64,000 bases of DNA from an uncultured Verrucomicrobiae bacterium (GCA_963731265.1 CAVSUE010000002.1:64001-128000); one strand, 5' to 3'. Numbered from the stretch's first letter, positions 9,089 to 19,707 are shown. The notes: a model not told the origin generated them from the letters alone. Numbers and translations: made by a program.

Positions 9089-9113
9089 AATCCCCTGAAG
9101 CCCTGGATTCTCA

Positions 9114-9284
9114 GAGGATGTCTACAAAGTGAGGGTTCGTCGAGTTTTTGGATTATTTTGGCCGATTTTCGAATTCTTTTTGCAGGGGTAGTATCAACCT
9201 GGTATACTACTCCTGCAAAAAGAATTCGAAAATCGGCTCAAAAGAACCGAAAAATCGACAGAACCTCACTTGGCAGACATCCTC
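9114..9284. mobile_element. MITE-like hairpin element, family B, flanked by TCA direct repeats
   Basis: Termini GAGGATGTCT / AGACATCCTC; nearly full-length imperfect palindrome; TCA at 9111-9113 and 9285-9287; closely similar copy at 49322. Confidence 0.85.
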
Positions 9285-9340
9285 TCAGGGCTTTTTAATC
9301 CGGTTACAATTAAAGTACTCTCAAAATTGCGGGTTTTAAA

Positions 9341-9922
9341 ATGGTTGTTCGTTTTTTTACAAATGCTACGAAAAACATTTTCGAAGGATACGGAAAAATC
9401 ATTACAAATGGGGTTGATGAATCCGATTGTCATCCCGTCCATCTTTCCCATTTCAGGCCTTTCAACCAATGGGAAGAATCAGGATTTTATATCACCGACA
9501 AAAGCAATGGGGATGTGTATTTTAATGATTCTCCAAAAATCAAAAGATTAAAATGTTTGGCGCTCGCTTCGGCCACCCCAATTGTGCATGCCGTAGGCCT
9601 GGTGCTCAACGCTGCCAATCGGATCGCCAAATTAGTGACTTTCTCCCATTTTTGGCACCCGGACAATAACCACGGTTATTCTTTTGAGGCTCGACTTTGC
9701 GCAGCCGGCAAAGACTTGCTCAGAGTGGCCTTTTCCCCGATCATTTATTTAGGATTAGAGCTTTCAGCCGTTTACGGCTTGATTCTTCATAAGGATGGAG
9801 GAAAGCTATACGCGACCTTTGAAAGATGCGCTTATGGCAGATCATTGATTGCGCCGTGCTTTCAGCCTTCTCCTTCATCGCATCTCGGCGGCGGCGATCT
9901 GAACCTGCCGAATCAGTGGTAA
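9341..9922 (+). CDS. Hypothetical membrane-associated protein
   Basis: 193-aa ORF with two hydrophobic segments. Confidence 0.65.
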   Translation: MVVRFFTNATKNIFEGYGKIITNGVDESDCHPVHLSHFRPFNQWEESGFYITDKSNGDVYFNDSPKIKRLKCLALASATPIVHAVGLVLNAANRIAKLVTFSHFWHPDNNHGYSFEARLCAAGKDLLRVAFSPIIYLGLELSAVYGLILHKDGGKLYATFERCAYGRSLIAPCFQPSPSSHLGGGDLNLPNQW

Positions 9923-9981
9923 TTGCTTAAATATCCCAAACTCATAATACTGCAGGGACTTTACTCCCATGCAGGTGTCCC

Positions 9982-11433
9982 ATGCCCGATGAGGCCGTTT
10001 CTAAAGAAAAAATAAAACTCGCCCCCCACTCGAAAGAATCGGAGATGATTGTTCTTGGCTCGATGCTCACCAGCATCAATAGCCTCAACATTGGGGCGGA
10101 TGGCCTTGACGAAAATGACTTTTATTTCACAGAGCATAAAATCATCTTTCAAGCCATGAAAGGCGCTTATCGGAGCGACAAACCTGCCGATGTGCATTTG
10201 ATTGGAGAAGAGCTAAAACGGCAAGACAAGCTCAAGGCCATTGGCGGCATCGGCTATCTGACAACACTTGCCCAATATGCAGGGACTTCAGCGTACATTG
10301 AAGAATATATCGAACTTGTCCGCGATAAATCGATCTTGCGAAGGATGATCAACACGGCCCAAGATATTGAGAGGCAGGCGCTCAATAGTCCAGAAGACGT
10401 GCATGTGCTCCTCGATGACGCTCAAGCAAAATTTTTTCTCATCAGCCAATCCGCGAATTCCAGTGCCGGCGTTTTGATCAAAGATCTTTTATCGGGCATC
10501 AAGTCAGCATCTCAACTGCCTTATCTGAAAGAGCTCCAGGATCGGCAAGAGCGTTTTAAAAAGAAAGGCCCCGAAGATCTTGGGATTACAGGTATTCCTA
10601 CCCATTTTGTGGATTTAGATAAAATGATCAACGGCCTCGGAGCATCGAATCTGATGATCCTGGCCGCGCGACCTGCCATGGGGAAAACGGCTCTTGCGCT
10701 GAATATTGCCGAAAATGTTGCCTTTAAAAACTCCCTTCCCGTTGGCATTTTTTCTTTAGAAATGACCGCCGAACAACTCCTCCATCGAATGATCTGTAGT
10801 CAGTCTGAAGTTGAATCGGATAAAATCCGCACCGGATCGATCAATGGCGTCGAATACCAGCGTATCAACGCCGCCGTGAATGGGATGATGAAAGCCTCAG
10901 TCATCATCGACGATCAGCCAGGGTTGAAAATTACCGATCTCCGCGCACGCGCACGCCGCATGAAAGAAAGCCACAACATTCAACTCCTGATCGTCGATTA
11001 TCTTCAGCTCATCTCCGGGGCTGGCCTCTCGCGCAATGTCGAAAACAGACAGAATGAAATTTCTGAAATTTCCCGCATGATGAAAACACTTGCCCGTGAG
11101 TTGAACCTACCGATCCTCTGTCTTTCCCAACTCTCCCGCAAAGTCGAAGAAAGGCAAGGCCACCGCCCGATGATGAGCGACTTGAGAGAATCGGGCTCAC
11201 TGGAGCAAGATAGCGACATCGTCATTTTCTTGCTCCGGCGAGATTATTATGATCCTTATGATAAGCCAGGCCAATGTGAGTTGATCGTGGCCAAAAACCG
11301 GCATGGAGCTGTGGGAAGCGTCAATTTAACCTATCGGAAAGAAATCGCTCAATTCGCCAACTACTCGCCAATGCATGCAAACTCGAATGCAGCTGCAGAG
11401 AACGATGAAGCTTTCGCTGCTTTTTCTCCTTGA
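9982..11433 (+). CDS. dnaB: Replicative DNA helicase
   Basis: APHSKESE N-terminus, Walker A AARPAMGKT, IVDYLQL, LSQLSR, SDLRESGSLEQD, AKNRHG. Confidence 0.98.
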   Translation: MPDEAVSKEKIKLAPHSKESEMIVLGSMLTSINSLNIGADGLDENDFYFTEHKIIFQAMKGAYRSDKPADVHLIGEELKRQDKLKAIGGIGYLTTLAQYAGTSAYIEEYIELVRDKSILRRMINTAQDIERQALNSPEDVHVLLDDAQAKFFLISQSANSSAGVLIKDLLSGIKSASQLPYLKELQDRQERFKKKGPEDLGITGIPTHFVDLDKMINGLGASNLMILAARPAMGKTALALNIAENVAFKNSLPVGIFSLEMTAEQLLHRMICSQSEVESDKIRTGSINGVEYQRINAAVNGMMKASVIIDDQPGLKITDLRARARRMKESHNIQLLIVDYLQLISGAGLSRNVENRQNEISEISRMMKTLARELNLPILCLSQLSRKVEERQGHRPMMSDLRESGSLEQDSDIVIFLLRRDYYDPYDKPGQCELIVAKNRHGAVGSVNLTYRKEIAQFANYSPMHANSNAAAENDEAFAAFSP

Positions 11434-11591
11434 ATCGTAATCACTATACTGCTGACATTTGAAAGTTGTAGAAAACTTCAATTTGAGCGCTTCAATTTTT
11501 TGTTGAATCACGATGTGTATACTATTTTTTTTCATTGAAAAACTACCCTGAAATAATTTAAAATTTTTGCAAAAATTATTTGAGGCGAATG

Positions 11592-12734
11592 ATGTCAATA
11601 AAGAATTGCGTACATGCTTTCCAAGATTCTATCAGCCTTTTTGAAATGACATTGGGCGATAAAACACCAACGGCTGAGTTCATTATGGAATTTCAAAAAA
11701 ACCAGATCGAATTCTATCAAAAATTAACAACTTTGACCGGCGGCGTCGTCCAAGTTCTTGGAGATACCTACAGTTTATTAAACGCCCAGGTGCTTGGGGA
11801 TATTTGCAATTCTTTAAAGGGCATTATCGAGAGAACAAGAAAAATTGAGTCAAAAATTCTCCACGCATTAGAAGAAAAGAACGATCCATTCCTGGTAAAA
11901 GTTTTGCGCTCGATTGCAAATTCCCTGCGCTACGGGGAAGAAAACAAAGCCCTTGAGGAATTTAAGAGGTGTGTTCCCGATGGTGAAGGAAGCCTTGCCG
12001 GGGAAGTTTTTGGGGCTTTATGGAAAGTAAAGAAGAGGCCTGATTACGGCGATTTTGGAAGATAGTGTTTCTACAATTCGAATCCTGAATGGGTTTCTAC
12101 ACCTTCTCAAAAAGCATTTGCGATCGAATTGGCGATGGTCGGGGTAGTGTGCAAGGCTTTTGAAAAAGGGCAGATTGAAGAGGCTCATGCAGAATTTAAC
12201 GCATTGCCCTATCGTATGAAAGAACCTATTTTCCTTCTTTTAGCGGAAAACGATGTGGAATTAGGAAGAAAGCGCTTTTCGTCTTATGTAGAAACGAAAA
12301 CAAAAATCCAATGCTTAACTGCTTTTCAAAACAAGCTGGAGAAAACCTATTCAGAGGCTTGCGATAGCGATCAGATCAGGATACTTCACCAAGATATGAA
12401 AGCTGTTCTTGAAGGGAGGGAAGAAAATAATCAAAAACCCCACATGGAGATGATGGAACTGTTGAGAACAACCCACTTGACCGCTTTTCAGGCCCTCGCA
12501 ATTTTGCAACAGAAGGTGAATGCTAGCGTAGCCGTAGACCGCATACTCCTGGATCGGAATATTCTCCTTACCTCTATGTTAGATGTCCGCTGCCAGGAAA
12601 TATCCCAATTACAAATAGAAAATCTGCAATTGAAATTGGAATTGAACAAAATACTCAACAAAGAATTTTACTTTAGTGATGTAGATAGTGATGCAGATCA
12701 AGTCGAAGCCGAAGAGGGTTTTTCTTCTTCTTAA
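11592..12734 (+). pseudogene. Truncated paralog of the N-terminal half of the 12852-15221 protein, with one in-frame TAG at 12063-12065
   Basis: ORFs 11580-12065 and 12129-12734 are in the same frame; GGA AGA TAG TGT TTC versus GGA AGA TTG TCT TTC in the paralog. Confidence 0.85.
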
Positions 12735-12851
12735 TTAAAAAGGCTTGCCCAGTCTTTCTCCTTGATTCATGTTATAACTATTTCTTTTTCATAGAAAAAA
12801 TTCCCTTAAATAAGTTAAAATTTTCGAAAAAATTATTTTTTAAGGTGCGTT

Positions 12852-15221
12852 ATGTCAGTAAAAAATTGCATCGTACGTTTTCAAACCTCTCTCTCCAATT
12901 TAGAAATAGGAATGGGCGATAAAAAACCGACGCCTGAGTACATCGAGCAGTTTCAAAAAAATCAAATCGAATTCTATAAACAATTAGCAGCTTTGACAAA
13001 CGAGGACGTCCAGGATCAAGAAGATATCTGCGATTCTTTAAACGACGTTATCGAGAGAATAAGAAAAATTGAGTCAGCATTTCTCCTGAGATTGGAAAAA
13101 AAGAACGGTCTAAACCTGGTAAAAGTTTTGCGCTCGATTGCAAATGCGTTCCGCTGTGGAGAAGAAAAGAAAGCTCTTGAGGAATTTAAGAGCTATGTTC
13201 CCGATGGTCAAGGAAGCTCTGCCGGTGAAGTGTTCGGCGCTCTATGGAAAGTGAAGAAGAGACCAGACTACGGCGATTTTGGAAGATTGTCTTTCTATAA
13301 CTTAAGTCTTCAATGTGTCTCTACTCCTTTTCAAAAAGCCTACGCTGTCGAATTGGCGATGGTCGGGGTTGTGTGCAGGGCTTTTGAAAAAGAGCAAATC
13401 GAACAGGCTCATGCAGAATTTAACGAATTCCCCTATCGCATGAAAGAATCTTTCTTCCGCCTTTTAGGGGAAAATGATGTGGAATTAGGAAGAAAACGGT
13501 TTTTTAGCCTCGAAGGGCATTTTGTAGAAACGAAAACGAAAATCGAAAGCTTAACTACTTATCAAAACAATCTGGAGAAAATCTATTCAAAAGCTTTGGA
13601 AAGCGATCAAATCCGTCTGCTCCAACAAGACTTTAAAGCTGCTCTTGAAGGCAGTGATGAAAAAACCAATCAGCATCTCCATTATGACATGATGGAACTA
13701 TTGAGGACAACGCACTTGACCGCGTTTCGGGCTCTCCGGAACATGCAAGAGAAAATAAAATCTCACATGGCCAATGAAACCAAACTTACAGCTCGCATTG
13801 CTGAGCTTACTTGTGATGTCGATGCTCGCGAACAGCGCATCACGCAATTAACAAAAGAAAATCTGCAGTGGAAATGGGAATCCGACGAAAAACTCAACTC
13901 TTGTAGGAAGATAGAACAAGTCGAAGAAGATTTTGTCCATCTTGAGAAACCGACAACAATGGAACAGTTTGCAGACTTTGCTCATGATAGGTGCCCGGCT
14001 TATAAGATTGACGATGTGAAAAAATTCATTGAGCAAGGTAAATTCCTCGTCGAAAAAATCCAAAATGGAAAGGCGTTTTCCATTCCACCTGAAGAGCGAA
14101 AAAAAGAGATCGCTCCCCTCATGTGGTATATGCTTTATTTTGCCGTGTCAAAAAATCAAGGTTTCAGCCAAGGGACCATTGTGTTCCGAGATCCAGGGCA
14201 TGCGATCTCTAAATTCTTTCTCGAATGCGGAAAGCCTGCCGTTTATCCCAGGCTCTCATCCCACTTCAAGGGGCGGATTCTCCCGACTTTTTTTGAGGGG
14301 GCGGAACAGACAACAACTTATGGGATCGACATTCCCCAAGACAACCAAAACGGGTTGCCCGTAAACAAGCGAACGGTCAATTTCTCCCCCATAGAAACAA
14401 AAGATGGTCTGGATTGGTCTTTTTTGAAGCCTGAGGACTGGGGGCTTGGAGATATGTATCAATTGGTCGGGCATAGCTGGGATTATTTCACATCCCGTTT
14501 TGCGCATCTATCGGGGAATCCAAACGGGCCGGGAGATCGAAAAGAACACATTCTTCCTGAAACCCGCCATGCCTTTGAAGAGATCTATACCGAGGTTGTT
14601 TCTGAAAAGACGATCCCCGATACCGTAAAGAAATTCGGGATCGCAGGCATGAAGGGGGTTTTAGAAGGGATGCTGAATGACCAGGAACTCTCGGAAGAAA
14701 TAAAGGAGAAAATAAATGAATTTCTCGGGGTTCTGCGGGGCAAGTATGATTATCTCAATATACGCAACGGCCATGAGGCGATTCTCGGAAGCTCATTAAT
14801 CCTAGGATCTGAGCCTGAGGCAAAACTCCATGAAAGCATTAACGGCGACTCTCTAGGACAAGAAAAACTGAAAGACGCGCAGATGCGTGTGAAAAATGCA
14901 GCGCACAAAAATGAATTATTGCACGGTTTATCCCTTTTAAATGGGAAACCGGCATTGAACGGTACCGTACAATTTGTTGATGTTTCCAACCTCGACAAGA
15001 ACGCGATTTTTATTCAAATTCTCAAAGAGTGGTTCGAACATCCCCATCATGGATTGTTCATTAACCAAATCCCCTCTGCAGAAACCCATGGTAACAGAGA
15101 TCCGACCCTAACGGAGCTCTTTGAACTGGTGTTTGATAAAGAAACGCTGGCAAAGATCGAAGGCCATATGACCATCAACTATGACAGCAAAACGGCCTTC
15201 GTGTCGGCGCGCTTAATTTAG
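12852..15221 (+). CDS. Large hypothetical effector-like protein (helical repeats, coiled coil, unknown globular C-terminal domain)
   Basis: 789-aa ORF; AAGGTG RBS; N-terminal half duplicated upstream. Confidence 0.8.
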   Translation: MSVKNCIVRFQTSLSNLEIGMGDKKPTPEYIEQFQKNQIEFYKQLAALTNEDVQDQEDICDSLNDVIERIRKIESAFLLRLEKKNGLNLVKVLRSIANAFRCGEEKKALEEFKSYVPDGQGSSAGEVFGALWKVKKRPDYGDFGRLSFYNLSLQCVSTPFQKAYAVELAMVGVVCRAFEKEQIEQAHAEFNEFPYRMKESFFRLLGENDVELGRKRFFSLEGHFVETKTKIESLTTYQNNLEKIYSKALESDQIRLLQQDFKAALEGSDEKTNQHLHYDMMELLRTTHLTAFRALRNMQEKIKSHMANETKLTARIAELTCDVDAREQRITQLTKENLQWKWESDEKLNSCRKIEQVEEDFVHLEKPTTMEQFADFAHDRCPAYKIDDVKKFIEQGKFLVEKIQNGKAFSIPPEERKKEIAPLMWYMLYFAVSKNQGFSQGTIVFRDPGHAISKFFLECGKPAVYPRLSSHFKGRILPTFFEGAEQTTTYGIDIPQDNQNGLPVNKRTVNFSPIETKDGLDWSFLKPEDWGLGDMYQLVGHSWDYFTSRFAHLSGNPNGPGDRKEHILPETRHAFEEIYTEVVSEKTIPDTVKKFGIAGMKGVLEGMLNDQELSEEIKEKINEFLGVLRGKYDYLNIRNGHEAILGSSLILGSEPEAKLHESINGDSLGQEKLKDAQMRVKNAAHKNELLHGLSLLNGKPALNGTVQFVDVSNLDKNAIFIQILKEWFEHPHHGLFINQIPSAETHGNRDPTLTELFELVFDKETLAKIEGHMTINYDSKTAFVSARLI

Positions 15222-15406
15222 ATTTGATTTATTAGATAATTCGCTGTAAACTGTTGCATATCATTTAATTGAAAAATGGTTTTAACATACGCACAAGGGG
15301 CAGGACGCCCGGATGTACTTAAAAGTGAGGGAGTTGGCACGGCACTTTACTTACACCCGCACCCCCCTTTTTTCGTTGAAAATTTGGAAAGGGAGCATTA
15401 TTCTCT

Positions 15407-15493
15407 ATGTCATCAGTTAAGAAAAAACGGCGTGCTAAGATCGCTAAGCACAAAAGAAAAAAACGACGGCGCCGCGATCGGCACAAAAAATAG
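15407..15493 (+). CDS. Small basic protein, AURKAIP1/COX24 (bS22/mS38-like) family
   Basis: Hand-translated MSSVKKKRRAKIAKHKRKKRRRRDRHKK (28 aa); GGGAG upstream; below the ORF-track cutoff. Confidence 0.85.
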   Translation: MSSVKKKRRAKIAKHKRKKRRRRDRHKK

Positions 15494-15523
15494 CCTCCCC
15501 TGAAAAGGTAGGTTTACATCCAA

Positions 15524-15569
15524 GAAAAACCTTTAGAACAACAGCCTGCTGTTGCTTTAAAGGTTTTTC
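15524..15569. terminator. Intrinsic terminator-like hairpin
   Basis: GAAAAACCTTTAGAACAACAGC-CT-GCTGTTGCTTTAAAGGTTTTTC downstream of the small basic gene. Confidence 0.65.
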
Positions 15570-15590
15570 CCATCCAATCTCTCTTTGATC

Positions 15591-17429
15591 ATGTGGACAT
15601 ATCCAGAAGAATTTGACGTCATTGTCGTAGGTGCGGGGCACGCCGGGTGCGAGGCTGCGCATGCTGCTGCGAAAATGGGCGCAAAGACGCTGCTTTTGAC
15701 GATGAATCTCGATACGATTGCGAAGATGAGCTGCAATCCTGCTATCGGAGGCACGGCAAAGGGGCATATCGTCCGGGAAATCGACGCACTTGGCGGAATC
15801 ATGGGCAAGGTGACAGACCTGACCGGCATTCAATTCCGCATGCTCAATGAATCCAAGGGACCTGCTGTATGGTCCCCGCGCGCTCAGGCCGACAAGTTCG
15901 CCTATGCCGCAGCGATGAAGCACCGTTTAGAGCTAACCGCAAATCTCCATATTAAACAGGGCACGACAGAATCTTTGGTTGTCGACAATGAGAAAGTCAT
16001 TGGGATCGAGACCCTGGAAGGGATTGCCTACAGCGGAAAGACCGTCATCGTCTCTTCGGGGACTTTCATGAGAGGTTTGATCCACATCGGACCGACTCAA
16101 TTTGCAGGAGGGAGAGCAGGCGACAAACCCTCCGTGGGTTTATCGGCCCATTTGGAAAAGCTCGGGTTTCGGTTGGGAAGATTGAAGACGGGCACGCCTC
16201 CCCGCATCAATCGGCGCAGTGTCGATTTTTCTCAAATGCAGGAGCAGCGTGGGAACGAAGGCGTTCGATTTTCGTACGATGAACCCGAAGGGCCTGGCCT
16301 TCCTCAAGTTCCTTGCCATATCACTTATACCAACGAAGAAACGAAAAAGGTCGTTCAGGCAAACTTGCACCTTTCCCCCATGTATTCGGGACAAATCAAA
16401 GGCGTCGGCCCTCGCTATTGTCCTTCAATCGAAGACAAAATCGTCCGTTTTGCCGATAAGGAACGGCATCAATTATTCCTAGAGCCTGAAGGTTTAAATA
16501 CCGAAGAGATCTATGTCAATGGGATCTCCTCTTCTCTTCCCTTCGATGTTCAATTAAAGATGCTGCATACGATTGCGGGTTTGGAAAAAGCCGAGGTGAT
16601 GCGGCCTGCTTATGCGATTGAATACGATTACGTCAGAAGTGGACAGCTGTATCCTACATTGGAGACGCATCGGATAGATGGTCTATTCTTTACCGGCCAG
16701 ATCAACGGCACGACAGGCTATGAAGAAGCTGCCGGGCAAGGGCTCATCGCCGGAATTAATGCTGCCTTGAAGGTTGCCGGAAAGCCGCCCTTTATTCTCA
16801 AACGCTCGGAAGCTTATATCGGCGTGATGATCGATGACCTCATTTCCAAAGAACTCGACGAACCTTACCGGATGTTCACGAGCCGCGCGGAACACCGCCT
16901 CCTCCTACGTCAGGACAACGCGGATTTGCGATTGAGGGAATATGGATACCATTTAGGGCTGGTCAATGCCATACGCTATCATCGCTTACTCGAAAAGAAA
17001 AAGAACATCGATCTCGAAATGGCAAAACTTTCAAAAATTTATCTGCAAGTCGAGGGCAAATCCACAACGTTGACCCAGCTACTTTGCCGCCCTGAATTTA
17101 CTTATCAAAGGATTTTGGAAGAATTTCCACAGCACGTCTCCGATTGCGGGCAAGAGACCAATTTTCAAATTGAACTGCATTTGAAATATGCCGGCTACAT
17201 TCAAAGACAAGCGAATGAAGCCGCTAAGTTGGAGACCATCGAACAGTTCTCCATTCCCAATGACTTCAATTTTTTGAAGGTCATAGGGTTGAGCAACGAA
17301 GCCCGCGAAAAACTAGACCGCATGAAACCGATAAATCTCGGGCAAGCTTCCCGCATATCTGGCGTTTCGCCCGCTGATATTACCGTTTTGATGGTTGCAT
17401 TGAAAGGAAAACGTGGTTTAAAGGAATAG
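15591..17429 (+). CDS. mnmG: tRNA uridine-5-carboxymethylaminomethyl(34) synthesis enzyme MnmG (GidA)
   Basis: [63 protein letters not shown]. Confidence 0.98.
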   Translation: MWTYPEEFDVIVVGAGHAGCEAAHAAAKMGAKTLLLTMNLDTIAKMSCNPAIGGTAKGHIVREIDALGGIMGKVTDLTGIQFRMLNESKGPAVWSPRAQADKFAYAAAMKHRLELTANLHIKQGTTESLVVDNEKVIGIETLEGIAYSGKTVIVSSGTFMRGLIHIGPTQFAGGRAGDKPSVGLSAHLEKLGFRLGRLKTGTPPRINRRSVDFSQMQEQRGNEGVRFSYDEPEGPGLPQVPCHITYTNEETKKVVQANLHLSPMYSGQIKGVGPRYCPSIEDKIVRFADKERHQLFLEPEGLNTEEIYVNGISSSLPFDVQLKMLHTIAGLEKAEVMRPAYAIEYDYVRSGQLYPTLETHRIDGLFFTGQINGTTGYEEAAGQGLIAGINAALKVAGKPPFILKRSEAYIGVMIDDLISKELDEPYRMFTSRAEHRLLLRQDNADLRLREYGYHLGLVNAIRYHRLLEKKKNIDLEMAKLSKIYLQVEGKSTTLTQLLCRPEFTYQRILEEFPQHVSDCGQETNFQIELHLKYAGYIQRQANEAAKLETIEQFSIPNDFNFLKVIGLSNEAREKLDRMKPINLGQASRISGVSPADITVLMVALKGKRGLKE

Positions 17430-17436
17430 GTTATCT

Positions 17437-18366
17437 ATGGCGCAACCACAGCCCAATTCTTTGCCCGTCGCTCTAGTCGTCTCCGCGGACAGGTATAAGA
17501 GCGCATTCTTCAAGCGCTCTCTTAAAGGTTTGTTTCACGTGATCGACGCGTCCGATAATTTCGCTGCGGTGGATTGGCTCAAGAGCGTGCAAGCCTCGAT
17601 CATTATCCTTGATGAAAAAACGCTTTCCAATACATGGCCGCTCATCTCCGAACACATTCGCGCGCTCGCCGGCTACCGGGATGTGCCCATTTTTCTCATC
17701 ACGAATAATCTAAAAAAGAATTTCCTCGTCAAAGCCATGAACTTGGGGATCAGCGATTTTCTTAACGAGCCTTTCGATTCCGATGAAATTTTCCAGCGCA
17801 TCCTCGCCGCCTCGCACTCAAAGCCAGCGACAAAGAAAATTCGTTTAATGACGAAGAAGTTCAAAAAAACTCCTTCCGCGCCCCCTTCGAAACTTTCAGC
17901 GCCTCAACGTTTTGTCATCACGGAAAGCGCCATAAAAAAAATCACTTCGATGCAAGAAAAATATCAGCCGATGTGTTTGGTGCTTCTCGAGGTCGATGAA
18001 TTCAAAAATATAGCCAAAGAGATCGGCTCAGATGGAGAAGGAAAGCTGTTGTCCCATCTGCAAGCTGTGTTAAAAAGCCATCAACGCAATCTCGATAAGA
18101 TTCTCCCTCAAGGTAGCGGACGGTTTTTGATGATCCTACCCCATACTTCCCATCCCGCGGCGGTGACTATCGCAGAGACTCTGCGCAAAGCGATTCACGA
18201 AAAGCCATTTTCATTCAAATCTCATCATTTCTCTTTATTTTTATCTGTTGGAGTTGTCACTCTTGATAAAAACTCTCAGCTCTCGAAAAACGCTTATGAG
18301 CAATTTGGCACAATGCTCAAAAAAGTGGACAAGGCTTTGCAGGCAAAACGGAAAAAATCGGAGTGA
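17437..18366 (+). CDS. Receiver domain plus degenerate GGDEF-domain protein (PleD-like architecture)
   Basis: REC-like IIILDE...VPIFLIT...AMNLGISDFLNEPF; GGDEF-like LVLLEVDEFKNI...GSGRFLMILP...AETLRKAI...LSVGV. Confidence 0.75.
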   Translation: MAQPQPNSLPVALVVSADRYKSAFFKRSLKGLFHVIDASDNFAAVDWLKSVQASIIILDEKTLSNTWPLISEHIRALAGYRDVPIFLITNNLKKNFLVKAMNLGISDFLNEPFDSDEIFQRILAASHSKPATKKIRLMTKKFKKTPSAPPSKLSAPQRFVITESAIKKITSMQEKYQPMCLVLLEVDEFKNIAKEIGSDGEGKLLSHLQAVLKSHQRNLDKILPQGSGRFLMILPHTSHPAAVTIAETLRKAIHEKPFSFKSHHFSLFLSVGVVTLDKNSQLSKNAYEQFGTMLKKVDKALQAKRKKSE

Positions 18367-18370
18367 AAAT

Positions 18371-18736
18371 ATGCGATATGTATTTCTATATTTGATTTGT
18401 GCAGCTTCTGCGCTACCAGCTCAAACGACTACTTCTGGGGACAAAAATGTTCCTGTCATCTCGCCTGACCACCATATAGGTACGCCCTTGCCTAGCTACA
18501 TGATCATCCCACCCGCTGGAAGAGCTGTGGATTTTCAACAGGCTTATGACTTTCTCAGAAAAGAAAAATCCACGGGAAAAGTCTATTTCGAGTTAACCGA
18601 TGGATCGACAATCGGTAATATTATTGAAATGATGGTTATGCCCAATTCCACTTTGATCATTTTCCGCTACAATTCTAATCAGGGAATTAACTTTCAAGTT
18701 GTCAAAATCGAAGACATTGTCAATTTGAGTTATTGA
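18371..18736 (+). CDS. Small exported hypothetical protein
   Basis: Likely start ATG 18371 (MRYVFLYLICAASALPAQ signal peptide). Confidence 0.7.
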   Translation: MRYVFLYLICAASALPAQTTTSGDKNVPVISPDHHIGTPLPSYMIIPPAGRAVDFQQAYDFLRKEKSTGKVYFELTDGSTIGNIIEMMVMPNSTLIIFRYNSNQGINFQVVKIEDIVNLSY

Positions 18737-18738
18737 TT

Positions 18739-19497
18739 ATGTTTTATCTACTTCGATTAAAGTCATATCCGATTTACGAGCAGCTTCTTTTAGAAGAGAG
18801 GCTGCTGCGCTCGGACACGCGCAACTGGTGTTTGATCAATGAGGGGTCTCCCCCCGCGATTGTCATGGGAATTTCAGGAAAAAAAGAAGAGCTCATCGAT
18901 TGCGCAAAAGCAGCTGAAGACAACATCCCTTTGATTAAACGGTTCAGCGGAGGAGGAACGGTCTTCGTCGATGAAAATACCCTTTTCATCACCTTCATTT
19001 GCCAAAAGCAGCTCCACCCTTTTCCCGCTTTCCCCGAGCCGATCATGAAGTGGACGGAACAGATCTATTCAGGGGCACTGCAGCATCCCCATTTTCATTT
19101 AAAGGAAAATGACTTTGTCCTCGAAGATCGAAAATTTGGCGGAAATGCCCAATATATTAAGAAAGACCGGTGGCTGCACCACACCTCTTTTTTGTGGGAT
19201 TATGATCCAAGCAAGATGCAGTATTTGCTCCACCCAAAAAAAACACCTCCCTACCGCGCAGGGCGTCCGCACCATGAATTCCTTTGCCGTTTATCTGAGT
19301 ATTTTTCTGATCAAGAACTATTGATCGAACGGATTGTTCAAGAATTGGAGAAGCGCTTCCCCATCCAGAAACTCTCTTTGCAAGAAGCGCTTACGATTCC
19401 GCATGAATCCACCCGTCAATCTACGTCTTATCAGGCCTTGACCAGCCCGGGATCTAGACCTAAGTTGACTCAAAATTTGGCCAGCAGGCGGGATTGA
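18739..19497 (+). CDS. lplA: Lipoate-protein ligase A family protein
   Basis: IVMGISG, IKRFSGGGTVFVD, RKFGGNAQ, HHTSFLWD. Confidence 0.9.
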   Translation: MFYLLRLKSYPIYEQLLLEERLLRSDTRNWCLINEGSPPAIVMGISGKKEELIDCAKAAEDNIPLIKRFSGGGTVFVDENTLFITFICQKQLHPFPAFPEPIMKWTEQIYSGALQHPHFHLKENDFVLEDRKFGGNAQYIKKDRWLHHTSFLWDYDPSKMQYLLHPKKTPPYRAGRPHHEFLCRLSEYFSDQELLIERIVQELEKRFPIQKLSLQEALTIPHESTRQSTSYQALTSPGSRPKLTQNLASRRD

Positions 19498-19645
19498 AAG
19501 CTGCTGAAAATCGATTCCCGAAGAGGGCTAGTATTGACTAATACAACCCTCTTCGGGGGATTCGATTAGGGCTGCAATAACCTTTCGGCTAGGTGGGACC
19601 GATTCCTAAAAGGCGGGCCTAGAGTCGCGAGGTTTAGCATCCCGG
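19447..19645. repeat. About 200-bp imperfect inverted-repeat element overlapping the lplA 3' end
   Basis: CCGGGATCTAGACCT..GACTC / GAGTC..AGGTTTAGCATCCCGG; inner hairpin CCCGAAGAGGGCTAGTATT-GACT-AATACAACCCTCTTCGGG. Confidence 0.8.
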
Positions 19646-19707
19646 TCCCCTAATGCAAACTTATCGTTAATGAGCACAAGGAAAATTATTTGCCACGATA
19701 AAAATAA

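Noticed and set aside
8999..9922. tRNA-anchored prophage or genomic island
   Set aside because: No integrase and no duplicated tRNA 3' end were seen in the window
12063..12065. Alternative genetic code or pyrrolysine readthrough at the TAG
   Set aside because: TAG is used as a normal stop elsewhere (1344, 17429, 49977), and the paralog has Leu here; a point mutation is simpler
15276..15503. 75-aa ORF upstream of mnmG
   Set aside because: It overlaps the convincing 28-aa basic protein in another frame and has no recognisable features
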